Of a stretch of DNA of 64,000 nt, positions 13,320 to 27,427 are shown in pieces. The stretch is from Octopus sinensis (lineage: Eukaryota). Numbering within the stretch: the first letter of the stretch is position 1; each line of letters starts with the position of its first letter. Location: assembly GCF_006345805.1 (NCBI RefSeq), contig NC_043012.1, forward strand, positions 10,416,001 through 10,480,000. Reading direction: 5' to 3'. The notes under the pieces are model-generated. The model saw only the letters and a program-made list of their open reading frames with translations. It had not been told where the DNA came from and did no database searches. A program made the position numbers and the translations under genes.

Positions 13320-14300
13320 AGATTAATAAAGACTACAAATTTTCAAGATGTTTGTGTATAGAAACGGACATATTTTACAAAATCGCCGATGCCATATAAT
13401 ATCTACTATTTAATTCATGCCACCCAAGGCACACCAAAAAAACCCTTCAAACATGCAAGAAGGATATGCACCATAGTCCGAAAAAATACCAGACACTTTA
13501 GACTGCAAGAACTCAAAAACACCCTCATTGACAAACACTACCCAGTTCAACTCGTAGAGGATGGAATCAGACGTGAAACACAAATCGACGTAAAACCCTG
13601 AAGAAATGTTCAACATAGTTATACACCTTTCCCGAAAATACTGCCGTACATAACCGCATACAACTCCAGAAACTAAGATGCCTTCACCATCATCAAGCAA
13701 AATCTTCCAATGCTACATAAGGGTCCCAAAGTAAAGGAAATTTTACTCACACATAAGATCATCAAAAGCCACAAACAATCGAAGTCACTGAAAAAGATCC
13801 TCACTAGTGCAAAATTATTTTCTAAAATAACGGACGCAAAATTGAAAAAAAATGTGATCGACCAAACTGCCCAACTTGCCCAAACCTTCTAGAAGGATCA
13901 GAAATATTTTGTAAAGAGGGAGATAAATTGAAAATCAAATCTGACTTTACTTGTACATCGGAAAAACTTATTTATATTATAAGATGCACGGGCTGCCACC
14001 AAATCTGCATAAGGTCCACGGGCTTATCGCTCAGACGCAGATGCACTCTGCACCGACAGCAGATTGCACTCTCAGAATACAGAGTGATACCCTTTAGTGA
14101 ACACATTGACAGATGCACAAAATAACTGCTAGCACAATTTGCTTCATTGAAAAATATAAGCCAAAACTTAATCATTTCTACCATTTTTAAGTAAGGAAAC
14201 TTACCTCATTGAAAAATATAAACCAAAACTTAACCATTTGTAACATTTTATTCCATCAAAACCAAATCATGTTAAATTAACAAACCTAATCATTCCCAAC
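13320..14300 (+). mobile_element. Penelope-like element, 5'-truncated (RT thumb, linker, GIY-YIG), pseudogenised
   Basis: ETDIFYK, YLLFNSCHPRHT, ARRICTIV, RLQELKNTLIDKHYP, then FTCTSEKLIYIIRCTGCHQICIRSTGLSLRRRCTLHRQQI...PFSEHIDRC (13928-14125), the PLE GIY-YIG pattern. Confidence 0.9.
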
Positions 14301-14740
14301 ATTTTTGATTATCTCCCTTATACTAAATATATCCCTGATTACCTCCCTCTGTTTCGAAATCATCTGCATTACACCATAACGAATAGATATCTCAAAATCG
14401 GTAAAGAAATTAATGAAATTTCAAAAGAGAATATGAAACAGGTTATTTCTCCGAAAGCGCTGTCACTAAACACAAAATTTTATTACATTTTCCTAACATG
14501 ACGGTTTTGATATATATGTTAACCATATAATACAACCTTGTGTAGTTTTTGTTATTCTATTTTGTATTCTATACATCCAAGCACGTGCTTTGACATATCA
14601 ACCATCTCATCTAAAGATATATACGTATATATATATATATATAGATATATATATATATATATATATATATAGATATATATATATATATAATATATATATA
14701 TATAGATATATATATATATCTATATATATAGTATATATGC

Positions 14741-14772
<32 letters not shown>

Positions 14773-15068
14773 GCATATATATATGTATATATATACATAT
14801 ATATACGTATATATGTCGCTATTAGTTGATACATTGTTGAAGGAATTTCTCATAGCAGATGTCTCACATGCTTCTCTGACATGTATATAGAATTTTCAAA
14901 TCTTATGCATACCTCACACAAATATTAGTTCTACATACCACCTGCTGTGACTATCCGTGCGTGTGCATGCCTGCAATTTGATAACACCTCCTTACTAATT
15001 AAATACCAGCTAAAGAAAGTAGATATCTCTCAAGCACTTATGTTATGTAGATCTAAGTTATGTATATT

Positions 15069-15107
<39 letters not shown>

Positions 15108-15354
15108 CGTGTGTATCGGTGGCGATTTTCTTGCTCCGTCTTCCCTTCCTTTTGACTTTTCTCTATTTCTGAAGAAGCCTCTTTCCTTCCTTCCTGAGCG
15201 TCTGATAATAGAGTCCTTGTACCATGTCCTCATGTTATTGTTTTTTTCTTGTTTGTCATATGTATACTTACATTCAGACATACATAGAAACATATCTATC
15301 TATCTATATACATATATATATATATATGCATAGATAGACAGACAGACATACTGC

Positions 15355-15430
<76 letters not shown>

Positions 15431-15867
15431 GATGCAAATGTTTGGTTAATGAGAAAGACCGGGAATGTTTATTGATCACTACAATCGTTTCGGCTTATAT
15501 AACATCGATCTCTCACGCGTGGAATATATATATACGTGTGTGTGTTCGTGCGGTGTGTGTGTTTATGTATATATATGTATGTATATATAGACATGTGTGT
15601 GTTGTGCATAAATACATTGGAATGCTTTATATATAATTTCCATTTTCCTCTAAAGCCAATGTGTGACGAATCAATCTCGTAATAAATATTACGTTACCTC
15701 TGCCTCACGTCATGGACGCATCTCTCTCCCTCTTTTTCTTCCTCTCCCTTTGTCACTCTTCACCTTACTTTCTTTTTTCTCTCTCCTTTTCCTTTCTTAT
15801 CTCTTTCCATTCAACTAATCACGTTAAAGCGTTATAATTACATTCCCTCTACCTTACGTCATGGACG

Positions 15868-15913
<46 letters not shown>

Positions 15914-15919
15914 CTCTCA

Positions 15920-15962
<43 letters not shown>

Positions 15963-16386
15963 GCTGCAATCACCTGAAAGGGTCACCGATGGGATAATTA
16001 ACGGAATGAAAAGCAGAAGCATTGGAGGATAGTACAATACGATTCAAAATCGTAAGATTGTGGTTTCGATTCTTGGTCCGGGTGGCGTGTTTTGTTCTTG
16101 AGTAAAACATTTCCTTTCACGTTTCTCCAGTTCACTCAGCTGCCAAAATGAGAAATTCTGCGGAAAACCGGTCCTTATGGCTCCAGAAGGAAACGTTTAT
16201 TTTATTGTTTCTATATAACAGAATACAGTATGATACAATGATATACAGTATATGTATCCTCATTTTTACTACGATGTAGTGCCGAAGTCTATTAGTGTTA
16301 TTCTCTTTGAATTCAGAATTCACATACCAGTTGCGCGCACAAACACAGGGAAATAACAATAAATACGTATTATATATCTAATCATA

Positions 16387-16551
16387 GGCGCAGGAGTGGC
16401 TGTGTGGTAAGTAGCTTGCTAACCAACCACATGGTTCCGGGTTCAGTCCCACTGCGTGGCATCTTGGGCAAGTGTTTTCTGCTATAGCCCCGGGCCGACC
16501 AATGCCTTGTGAGTGGATTTCGTAGACGGAAACTGAAAGAAGCCTGTTGTA

Positions 16552-16583
<32 letters not shown>

Positions 16584-16812
16584 AGTGTGTATGTGTTTGT
16601 ATGTCTGTGTTTGTCCCCCTAGCATTGCTTGACGGCCGATGCTGGTGTGTTTACGTCCCCGTCACTTGGTGGTTCGGCAAAAGAGACCGATAGAATAAGT
16701 ACTGGGCTTACAAAGAATAAGTCCCGGGGCCGATTTGCTCGACTAAAGGCGGTGCTCCAGCATGGTCGCAGTCAAATGACTGAAACAAGTAAAAGAGTAA
16801 AGAGTAAAGAGT
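16387..16812 (+). mobile_element. SINE A, full length
   Basis: GGCGCAGGAGTGGCTGTGTGG...GGTTCAGTCCC...GTAAAAGAGTAAAAGAGTAAAGAG; near-identical to 101-531. Confidence 0.92.
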
Positions 16813-17559
16813 AATCAAATGATTAGCATCCGCAATTCTAAAATGGACACAAGATATTTAATCTATTCAGTAATTTATCATTTAAAACAATATTTCATTT
16901 ATTTACCATGCTTCACCACCTGCAGACGGTCCTTGAAATATGTGAGTAATATGTATGCTATAATCATTTTACGTATGTAAATGTGGACGATGAAAGAAAA
17001 TAAAGATGTATTGATAATAAAGAAAAATTTTGGCAGAGATCTAGGAATGACCTTCTACGGAATATGGAGAAGTGCAGATTATTCTATGAAAGTAGAATAT
17101 ACTTTTAATATGAGAACACTAATATATGTATGTGTATGTGTATTTTTTAGTGTATGCGTGTGACTTTTCAACGTAGATCTATGTTTGTGCACGCGTAAGT
17201 AATTAAACGCGAAAATGCGTGTTGCTGGAGCCAATGTTGTCCGTTTCTGCACGTTGGGTACTATCTCATTTACCGATGGAAGTGCCGCAGGAGATGTATA
17301 TTTTCTTGCTTAAATTTAAGCACAAAATCTAATTTCTAGTACAACATTACGAACAGTGCAAAAGTAGATCACAATTTTCTCCAAGACACATTAATCCTAC
17401 TTAACACGTTTATGTTCAGAGTTTCATATTCCAAAGATAACCAAGATATGATTACGCTTTGAGAGTGCTTTTTATCTTGTGGACTTGTTATATTTTAGCG
17501 GAATGAAAATGTGCGCCGTCAGTTAATATATATATATATATATGTTAATAAAATAGAAT

Positions 17560-17880
17560 ATATGCATATATATAAACATATATGTACGTACCTACCTCTA
17601 CATGTACATATACACGCATATATGTGTACAGGACACCAAAAAGACGTCGAACACATAGAGAGACGAAACACATAGACACAAACCAAGGAACAAGACAAGC
17701 AAAAAAAAGGAGAGATACAGGACAATAAGCACAACGAAAAATCCCCTTCTTCAGTCGCTAAGATTTCATCTACTAAACGTTTCGAAGGATAAAAGCGAGA
17801 CGTATACTTCGAAGAAGAAAACTTCCTTCCCGCGAAAAGCAAATCAATTAAAATTCTGAGATCTTTTCGCAGAGGGGTAA
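17560..17880 (-). repeat. Family P copy (diverged)
   Basis: Reverse complement has CCTTCGAAACG...CTGAAGAAGGGGAT...GTACACATATATGCGTGTATATGTAC. Confidence 0.55.
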
Positions 17881-18356
17881 AAAAAAGCAAGACGGTAACG
17901 ACAGTACAACATATAAACAGTAAAAAATATATATATAAACAGTGGAAAAATAAATATATAACAGTGAGAGACAGGACAAGGAGAACAAGATAAGAAGGGC
18001 TGTTAACGCCAGACGAAAAAAGTATTGCAAACGCTGGATTATCGTGGAAGACGAGAGAGGGAAAATTTGTCGACCAGAAGCCTTACAAGGCGGGCGAGAA
18101 AAGACAGGATAGCAGTTACGACGGAAGTATCGTCGCAGATGGATGACGGGAATGGGGGAGGAGGAGCAAGAGGAAGAGAGAGAAGAAGGGGAATGGTGCG
18201 AGGAGACTATGAAGAATGGTGAAAGGGAGAGAGAGAATGAAGAGTGAGAGAGAGAGGAAGAGACAAGTTAAGTGAGGGAAAAAAAGACGAAAAAGGGAAT
18301 GGGAGAGAAAGAAAGAAAGATGCAGAGTCGCGTGAGAGTTAATATCAAGGCTAACT

Positions 18357-18398
<42 letters not shown>

Positions 18399-19040
18399 AA
18401 GACTGAACATGTTGAATGTTCTTATTGAAAGCTCTTCTGTATTAGGCATGTAAGTTCCTCCTTATAAATATTCACACATGTACATTGATGTGAAATTCGT
18501 GAATATTTTCGGATTATTCAACTCTCTTTTACTAGGAAATAATATGGTACATAAACAGCAGGGATTTGTCTAGGCTAGTGTGATTTACCACGGTAAAAGA
18601 CAAAGACACTAAATTGCAAACTCCATTTTACTGTTTCACTGGAGAACGGCTAAAGATTCGAAAAGTTTCAGACAAACAAGTCCTGTAGTTTAATTTTGAA
18701 TTAGGAATGCTGGGCAAAGCTGAGCACTGGCGGGAAGTTTACCTTGTTATGATTTTTCTTTATACGCATGTATTTATATATGTGTATGTATTGATCGCTG
18801 TTACTTTTAAAGATAATCATCCATAAGTGTATGCGTGTGCATGCCTGTACATATGTCTGTACGAGTGTGTATGCATGTACGTATAGGGAAAATGAGAAAG
18901 AGAAAGGAAACTGAGAAAAGTAGCCAATAAAAAAATTGAACCACCATAAAGAAAAAAGAAGTTATAGATTGGTGGCTGAAATCACATTTAAACAATGTTG
19001 AAACGAATGTGTATATATGCGCATTTGTGCATCTATATAT

Positions 19041-19100
<60 letters not shown>

Positions 19101-19120
19101 GTACTGATATAGAGACATAG

Positions 19121-19201
<81 letters not shown>

Positions 19202-20609
19202 GAACATTCACTTGTATACCACTTCAACGTCAAATAGCATTTCATTTTTCATTATATTTTTCATTATTTCCAACATTCACCTGGCGTCCATTTAAAGTAT
19301 ACATTTTGATTTTATTGTGAAGCATCTCAATTATTCACACAGCTTATAATTATCCTCTGTATACTCCTTCACTTAACTTTAACCCCTTATTCCTCGTGAA
19401 ATGTGCTAAGAAAGCTAGTTTATAAACACTTCTTCTTCTCTGAAGAAATATATGATTTTAAGCTATAAACAAAAGTCTCACGACTACTTCTATCATTTGA
19501 GGAAATTTATTTAGCATAAGTCCTAATTTCATTTCATCTACTTTTCTTACTTAATTTCGTTTCAACTATTTTTCTTACACTTTCTCTCTTAGATAGAGTA
19601 AAAACAAACAATTTGTGTGGCAACATTCGCAGCTGCTCAACATTATTTTCCGATTTAATAAAGAAAAATATGTCTTAAAATGTCCACAAAATAGTGAAAA
19701 TTAAATTTATTTCCTAGGTCACCAGCCATGAATAATGCAAGACGTTGAACAGAAACTCCTAACTGTTCAATGTTTTTCCTTTCTTCCTTCTTTTTCTCTC
19801 TGATTTTCGTGTTTACGCTTTTGTTTATTCGTTCGTTTCAGGATTAATATACATTTTTCACTCTGTCATGGCTTCCTAGTTTTTCATGGACGTTGTAATT
19901 AATAAATTTTATTCTTTTCTTTACGTTTTGACTTCTGTTAATTTTGTTCTTCATGTAACACACTAATCAAAATTTCCCCTTCATAAAATAATGCTTATAT
20001 CATACACATTCATCAATCTCTTAAAACTTTCTAAAATCAATTCGAATAATTGAAATTTGTAAACATTACCGACTACTTTTCATATCCTTTGGTTCTGCTT
20101 ATACAAACAAATCTTCTAACACCTTCATACATATGACATATTATCAAAACAGGTGATGGGAAAATGTTTCGGTATTATTTATTCGTTGTTACACGCGTTT
20201 AATCTGCTAATAAGGATTACAAAACTGTACAGGTAGGGGAAGCATATGAGATGTCTCTAATTAGAAATTATTCACATACAGAATCAAATAATACAATATT
20301 TTTACTATTTGATTCTCTATCTAAAGAATTTCTGATAGGAAATCTCTTACATGACTTTTACAACATGTAAAATTTTGTAACTCTTATAAGCAAATGAAAA
20401 ATGTGTAATAGTAAATAAACGATGCCAAAATATTTTCCAATCCGATGTTTTAATATTACTACTCAGCAGAAAATATTGTCCAGTATTTTCAACTCTTGTG
20501 CATGCATTACACAAATATAATATTTGCATATGGATTTGGAATACTTAAATAAGCAGACGTGATTTAAGAGACAACAGCTTGTATTTAACTCTATCTATAT
20601 TGTTTGTCC

Positions 20610-20898
20610 CTCCTCGAGCCACGCCTGGCTCATTAGGGCCGGTTTACCAGTTTCCTTGGCGTATAGGTTCCCCACCGGGACGCCGGTCCGTCGCAGGTGA
20701 GCTGCAAGATGCAGGAGGAAAGAGTGAGAGAAAGTTGTGACGAAAGAGTCAGCAGAAGTTCGCCATTACCTTCTGCCGGAGCCGCGTGGAGCTTAGGTGT
20801 TTCGCTCATAAACACACATATCACCCAGTCTGAGATTCGAACTCGCGATCCCTCGACCGCGTGTCCGCTGCTCTAACCACTAGGCTACGTGCCTCCAC
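20610..20898 (-). mobile_element. tRNA-derived SINE, family C variant
   Basis: Minus-strand head GTGGAGGCACGTAGCCTAGTGGTTAGAGCAGCGG...GAGTTCGAATCTC with A- and B-boxes; body shared with 41076. Confidence 0.85.
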
Positions 20899-21525
20899 AC
20901 TTTATCTATATAATATCACATAATATGCATTTGGCATACACTTCCAACTTTAATAGTAGGTAACAAGCATACCACTTTCATTTCTCTGTTTTCTCATTCC
21001 ACATTCCTTCTTTGATTCAAAGTAATTTTTAATCACATGCATTCCTACACTTCCTTAGTATCTTACTTATTTCATGTGTTTCTATCAAGCTTAAAATTTC
21101 GAAAAGTTTTTGTGAATTCTATTTTTCTATTAGATAATGGTTTATATTAAACTTACTTCTTCCAACATGTTAGATCGCACTTGTAACAGCGAACACAAGA
21201 GCAATATTTTTACACAATTTTCGCTTCATAAATTCATATTTATCTTCCCGTAAATTTATAACAGCTTGTATGTAAGTCGTAATGCTTCACTTTCTAATTA
21301 GCTCTCAGGAAAACTTGAAGAGTGGATCTAGGTAACGCTGCTACTTCTGTCAGTATTTGAATCATTGCTGCATGTGCGAGTGTATGTATGTAAGTATATA
21401 CGTATATACAAATGATTGTATGTACGTTTGTATGTTTATATGTATGTAGGACTGCATGTAGGTACGTATGTTTGTATGTGTGTGAATATATAGATATTTG
21501 TGTATATATGTATACATCTATATGT

Positions 21526-21982
21526 AATCTAAGTAGAGACTTCAAACTTGAAATCTTCAAAGCCACAGTCGAATCAATTCTACTATATGGCTCAGAAACC
21601 TGGACGTTATCAAAGAAGCTTGAGAGGCGGTTGGATGGAACCTACACTCGCCTTCTTATGAGAGCTCAAAATCTCTCGTGGAAGCACCATCCAACCAAAA
21701 TGCAAATATATGGGAAACTACCACCTGTGTCATCTCTTGTGAAAGGTAAGAGTCCAGTTTGCTAGACATTGTTGTAGAGCTGAAAAAGAGGTATTTCTAC
21801 TCTTCTCCTCTGGAAGCCATCTACTTGCAATACCAGAGGGCGCACACTCTCCTACCTGATGTAATCTCCAGGGATACAGGCATCCAGCAACAGGACCTCC
21901 GTAATGCCATGATGACCGTGAAGTCTGGAGTAGCATGGTAATTCCATTGTCTCGACCACGGTCGAACAATGATGATGATGAT
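21526..21982 (+). mobile_element. RTE-like LINE 3' fragment with (ATG)n tail
   Basis: FKLEIFKATVESILLYGSETWTLSKKLERRLDGTYTRLLMRAQNLSWKHHPT; LLYGSETW is a typical RTE-group motif; ends in ATGATGATGATG. Confidence 0.85.
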
Positions 21983-22636
21983 ATGTAATAAGCATGTATA
22001 TTTATATCAGTATACAAGTGTGTGTATGTGTGTATTGTGTATGCGTGTGCATGTTTGTGCGTATCTATGTTTGTGTATATGTCTGTGTGTTTGTAAAGTA
22101 TTATGTAGACCAAAGATGATACATCACGAATGAAAGCCATCTATTCCGGTCATGACTAGTTAAATCTGTTACTTGGTCTACTAGTGTACATCTTGGTCTA
22201 CTAGTGTACAATTTGTAATATCGTAATACCTACTTTACTTATAAGACGGTGGAGTTGATTTGAGGAAGATTAGGGTTCTATTTCTAAAATGGCGAACGAC
22301 CAATGAATTGCTAAGTGTTAGGATATAGACTAGCTTTATTCCCCATTACCACCACCACCAACACCAACACCTCCACCACCACCACCACCAAAAAGGAAAA
22401 TATTGCTATTAATAACAATAAATTGCGAGATTACAAAGCAAATTACAATCATACATACCCAAAAATACTCAAAAAAATACGAACAGATCAAATACATACA
22501 CACACACACACATATACATCCATATATACATACATGTATACATATACAGTTAAGCAAATGCGCAGAAAACGACGTATAGAACAGCAGAATAAAGAGGAAT
22601 GCAAAACACCTCAATACTTATATACACAAGAGATAA

Positions 22637-22656
22637 TTAGATAGATAGATAGATAA

Positions 22657-22704
<48 letters not shown>

Positions 22705-22754
22705 ATAGAGATGGGTAGATAGGTAGATAGAGATAGACAGAGATAGATACGTAG

Positions 22755-22826
<72 letters not shown>

Positions 22827-22827
22827 T

Positions 22828-22867
<40 letters not shown>

Positions 22868-23010
22868 CATGCAGACAGATATATATATATATAGGTAGAT
22901 AAACAGATAGGTAGATAGATAGATAGACACAGAGATAGATAGATAGAGAGAAAGAGAGAAAGAGGTGGATAGTTAGAGAGAGACACAGACAGATAGACAG
23001 ATCGATTAAC

Positions 23011-23058
<48 letters not shown>
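22637..23058. repeat. Long (GATA)n/(GACA)n microsatellite
   Basis: Read directly; abuts the 3' end of the Tx1-type LINE. Confidence 0.95.
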
Positions 23059-23059
<1 letters not shown>

Positions 23060-25807
23060 TGTTTCTTTATTAGCCACACAGGGCTGCACACAGATAGAAC
23101 AAATTACAAGGTAGAGCTTTTCTTTTGAAGGTTTAAAAAAAAAAAAAATAAAATAAAAAATAAAATAACAAATAAAATAAAAAAAATAGAAATAGGGGGG
23201 GTCGATCAAAAGGGATCGTAAAAGGAGAGAAAGAGGACAAAAAAAGGGGGGTTAAAAAAAGGGGGAGAGGAAAAAAAATTGATCAATAGGGATCGTTATC
23301 ACAGAAATGTCAATATGAAGTGTAAAGGGGAGGACAGGTGAGGTTTACCCGTGGAAAGAAAAGCCTACGGAAAAGACCACGGTAACCTCGGTCAATGAAG
23401 TCACATGTATATTTCTTTTTTTTTTTTGCAAATAAGCAACTCTCTGTATTAATTTTACGGTTCATAGAATCATAGTCAAGGTGGCTTCGTCATTCATACG
23501 TGCCATCCTTGCTACATTCACCCATCTTTTTTTAAAACATTCACTAGACAAACTTGCCTCTCTACTCTCACTTTTTTCTTCAAGTGATACTTGAAGAAGT
23601 TGATGAGAGATTGACCAGAGAGGAAAGTGTTGTCTCTAATCCTTTCAGACGCGTCCACCAGATACATTCTTTCGCCATAGCCACAAATGATAAAAATAGC
23701 TCTTCCTTCCCGTTTGAAGGAAGGAGGCGTGACGATATAACGATAGACTCGGCTGATAAACCGACACGTCCCACACGTGACAGCAGTCGTTCGACATAAG
23801 CCCACAGGTGGGAAATTGCTGGACACTGCACGATTGCGTGCAGAGCGGTTCGTCGCTCTGCCCGCATCTCGGGCAGGTCGGCCCCGTGTTTCTCGAGTCA
23901 TGCCTATAGAGCTTATCCGAAAGGGTAGCGCTTTCAGCACCGCCAGGCCAGGGATCTCTGGAAGTTGTCCATAGGTCCCGGGCCGAAAGTCGTTTGAAAC
24001 AGGCGGGTCAGGTATTCCTCGTCGACGCCCAGGTTTGCCCCGAGCTCGTCGTCGTACCTCCCCTCCACTAATCCCCTATAGAATGCTTTGGTTGTTTGAA
24101 GTCACTCAAGGTCGACCCGGGACGGCAGAGTTGCTTGAGAGCAACGCGACACTCGCGGGGCCATTCGCCCTTCTTCGGCATCTTTTTGATCCACGACTGT
24201 AGTTCGGTCATGGAGACGAGTTGCGGGAATGCGTGCCTCACAAACGGCGACCACACCTGTCACCGTCGTCTATATAGAGCCCGAGAGATGTCGCAGTCTC
24301 AGCGCGTGTCTGCGCATCATCAACCACGACATGCCCAGCCCTCCTTTTAACGGGTGTTGACAGCAAATGGATCGCCTGACCATCGGGACGCATCCTTTCC
24401 ACAAGAAGCGGAAGAGGATGCGTTCTAGTTTGGTGATGGTAGGGTCAGGACAAGGTACGACGGTCAGGCGGTAGTAGATGATGGACGCGATGTACGCGTT
24501 CACCACCTCCGCCCGACCTTTTAGGACAGTTTCCTCTCGGCCCATTGCTGGGCGAGAGTGACCACCCTACTCGTTATCTCGTTCCAGTTCTTCTCCATTT
24601 GGAGGTCCGGACGGAACCAGACGCCGAGCAACTCAACCGGGCCGTCTGTCCAGCGTCCCACGACGGAGGTACTGGTGGACGGCATGGGTTGCTTCTCCAG
24701 GTGCCGAGCCGCAAGCCCACTGACTTTTCCCGTTGATTTTTGCTCCTGTCACCGCTTCGTAGTCTTTCAGGTCTCGCCGACCCGCTCGATGTGCTCGTGG
24801 ATTGACACTATGACGGTGACGGTCGTCCGCGTATGCAGACACGCTCGTCCCGCATCCTAATTCTCGCGGGATGCCCCTCAGAGTCGCCAGCTTCCGCAGT
24901 AGTGGCTCAAGAGTCAATACGTATCGAAGCGCCGAGAGGGGGCATCCCTGACGGAGCGAACGTGCAATGTCGAAGGGTCTCGATAGATGTCCATTTACGC
25001 GAATTACCGAACGGATGCCCTGTACAAGGCAGCTATCCAGCCGCGGAAGACGGGACCGAAACCAGCCGCTCTCAGGACTGCCTCCAAGTATCGATGGTCT
25101 ACCCTATCAAAGGCTTTCGATTGATCCAAGTTGATCAGGGCCCCACCCATGCCAGGTTCGTTAACTACCCTGTCTATGATGTAGCGCATCAGATGGAGGT
25201 TGTCATGGATGCTCCGGCCCGGCACGGCGCACGTTTGTGCGTTGTCAACCAGTTTCTCCATGACAAGCGCCAACCTCTTGGCTAACACCTTTGTCAAAAT
25301 TTTCAGGTCTGCATTAGCAGAGTGATTGGCCTAAAGTTATCTATAATGTTTCCCTTGTTGGATCTTTCTTCAGCAGAGTTACAGCTCCTCGACTCACAAA
25401 ACCGGGTATGCTCCCGTTTGCTGCCAGTTGCAGTATACCGCTGCCAAGACGTCCTCCAAACAAGTCTGGCATACAATAGTAAAATTCGAGGGTAGACCAT
25501 CCAAACCCGGTGATTTGTCCCTCGAGCATTCTGCCATCGCTTCCCGCACTTCCGCCGCCGTGATGGCACCTTCGCAGCACCCTGCCTTTCTTGTCGAGAG
25601 TCGTGGCAGGCTATGTAGGTAGGCACTGAAGTCTACCCTACGTTCTTGCCCTCCACTCGTCCCGAACAGTCGGGCAAAATGCTGCTGAAAGGCCTCACAC
25701 ATTTTACTTGGCTCGAGCAATTCGCGCCCCTGTTCATCTACCAGTGACCGAATGGTGGCTTTGTTGCCCTGTTGCGCCTCTGCCACCCGGGCCTCTCTCG
25801 CGGCTCC
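23059..25807 (-). mobile_element. L1/Tx1-type LINE, 5'-truncated, ORF2 (RT plus C-terminal Cys/His) broken by frameshifts
   Basis: KSPGLDGL, NFRPITLL, KVLAKRL, QTCAVPGRSIHDN, LDQSKAFDRVDH, SVSAYADD, C-terminal LHAIVQCP. The ORF ends at 23518; the 3' UTR ends AATAAAGAAACATA then (TCTA)n. Clearly GC-rich against the background. Confidence 0.93.
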
Positions 25808-26368
25808 AGATAGATAGATGCAAAGGAATAAAACTTACGCGACAATAAGAGAGAAGAAAAGCGAGAAGGATGTGAAGTTCTGAAGGAAAGATATAGATTG
25901 AGTGAGATATTGCGAGGTGAACAAAGAGCCGATAGTTAGACATAAGAATAATTATATTGTTAGATAATGACATATAATGGCTGAATAGAAAATAACGTTA
26001 CAAGGTATTTTTGAATGGCAGGATTCCCTGAAGATCCTTCCATATTGCATATTAGATGGAGAATAACTGATAACGAATACTTCCGACAGCTGAAAAGCTG
26101 AATTAGTAAGTCATAGCACTTTAATAAATGATTACAATGATGAAGTGATTCTATTGACACGTTGTTTCATATGATTGTTACTGGTTCCTAAAAGGAAGAT
26201 CTGCGATGGTCACGGTAGTGCGATTCTTTATGAAAACCTTAGCATTGTCTTAACAAGGAATACACGCACACAGACATACACACACACACACGCACACACA
26301 CACACACGCACACACACACACATGCAAACATACATCCACACATTCATGTATCAGAGTATCTGTATGTT

Positions 26369-26403
<35 letters not shown>

Positions 26404-26593
26404 AGGGAGAGCGTGCACAATAGGCTATGTATAAGTGTTGGAAAACAGACAAGTGTATGTATGCAAGCTCGTATGTATACGCATAACGAAACAGAAAGAG
26501 CGCGAGAGAAATATAATCCTATATACGTGTGTGTGCGAGCGAGCGCGAATTGATACACACACACAAACACGTGTATTCAATATTTTATGCATA

Positions 26594-26985
26594 TCTTTAT
26601 ATATAAAAGTAAGGTTGTGTGTCTGTCTACTCCGATTTAGATTCCTAACTACTCCCACATTTTGCAGTGCAGTTTAACCAAAACCGGGTATCTTATAGTC
26701 GTGATTCATATCGAGCCCCTCTGGGTATTAGCGCGCGTCTACGATGAGTCTACGATTTTAAAAATAATTTACCATCATTTTTTTCCATTTTAATGCATAT
26801 TTTTAAATATAAGGGAAGTAACTCTCTAAAATGTCTACGATGAGTCAACGATTTAAAAAAAAAATTACCATCATATTTTTTCCATTTTTAATGCATTTTT
26901 ATGCTATTTTTTAGCTATAACTCTCTAAAAATGCTTTATAGTTATTTCCCTTACAAACCCGAGCAACGCCGGGTGATACTGCTAG
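26594..26985 (+). mobile_element. Complete non-autonomous Helitron (392 bp)
   Basis: Inserted between A and T with no TSD: 5' TC(TTTATATATAAAAG), 3' hairpin CCCGAGCAACGCCGGG (26958-26973), then CTAG (26982-26985). Contains an internal ~95-bp tandem duplication. Confidence 0.88.
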
Positions 26986-27306
26986 TGGTCTGATATAAGT
27001 AAATCTAAGACGAATTGGAAACGATTGCTCGAACAATTCTTCTTCGCACTTTCTGACGGTTTCGTACGCCGAAATCGCTAGTCACCGTAATGCATGACAC
27101 TTCACCTTTTTATAACGGAAGTAAGTTCGATACACTCAGCTCATTGGCGGTCGACATTCTAGAACACCAATGTTTCGACATATTTTGTCACGTCAGCCAG
27201 AAGTAACAGGGATCTTTACTCATACATATATACGTACATGCATACATACATTTATACATAAATAAAAAAAATACATACATACGTATATGCATACATACAA
27301 TCATGC

Positions 27307-27337
<31 letters not shown>

Positions 27338-27427
27338 CATACATACATACATACATACATACATACCTCCATACATACATACATACAATCATTTTTCTAT
27401 TTTCTCTCCCTGTTTACTTCTGTGTTC

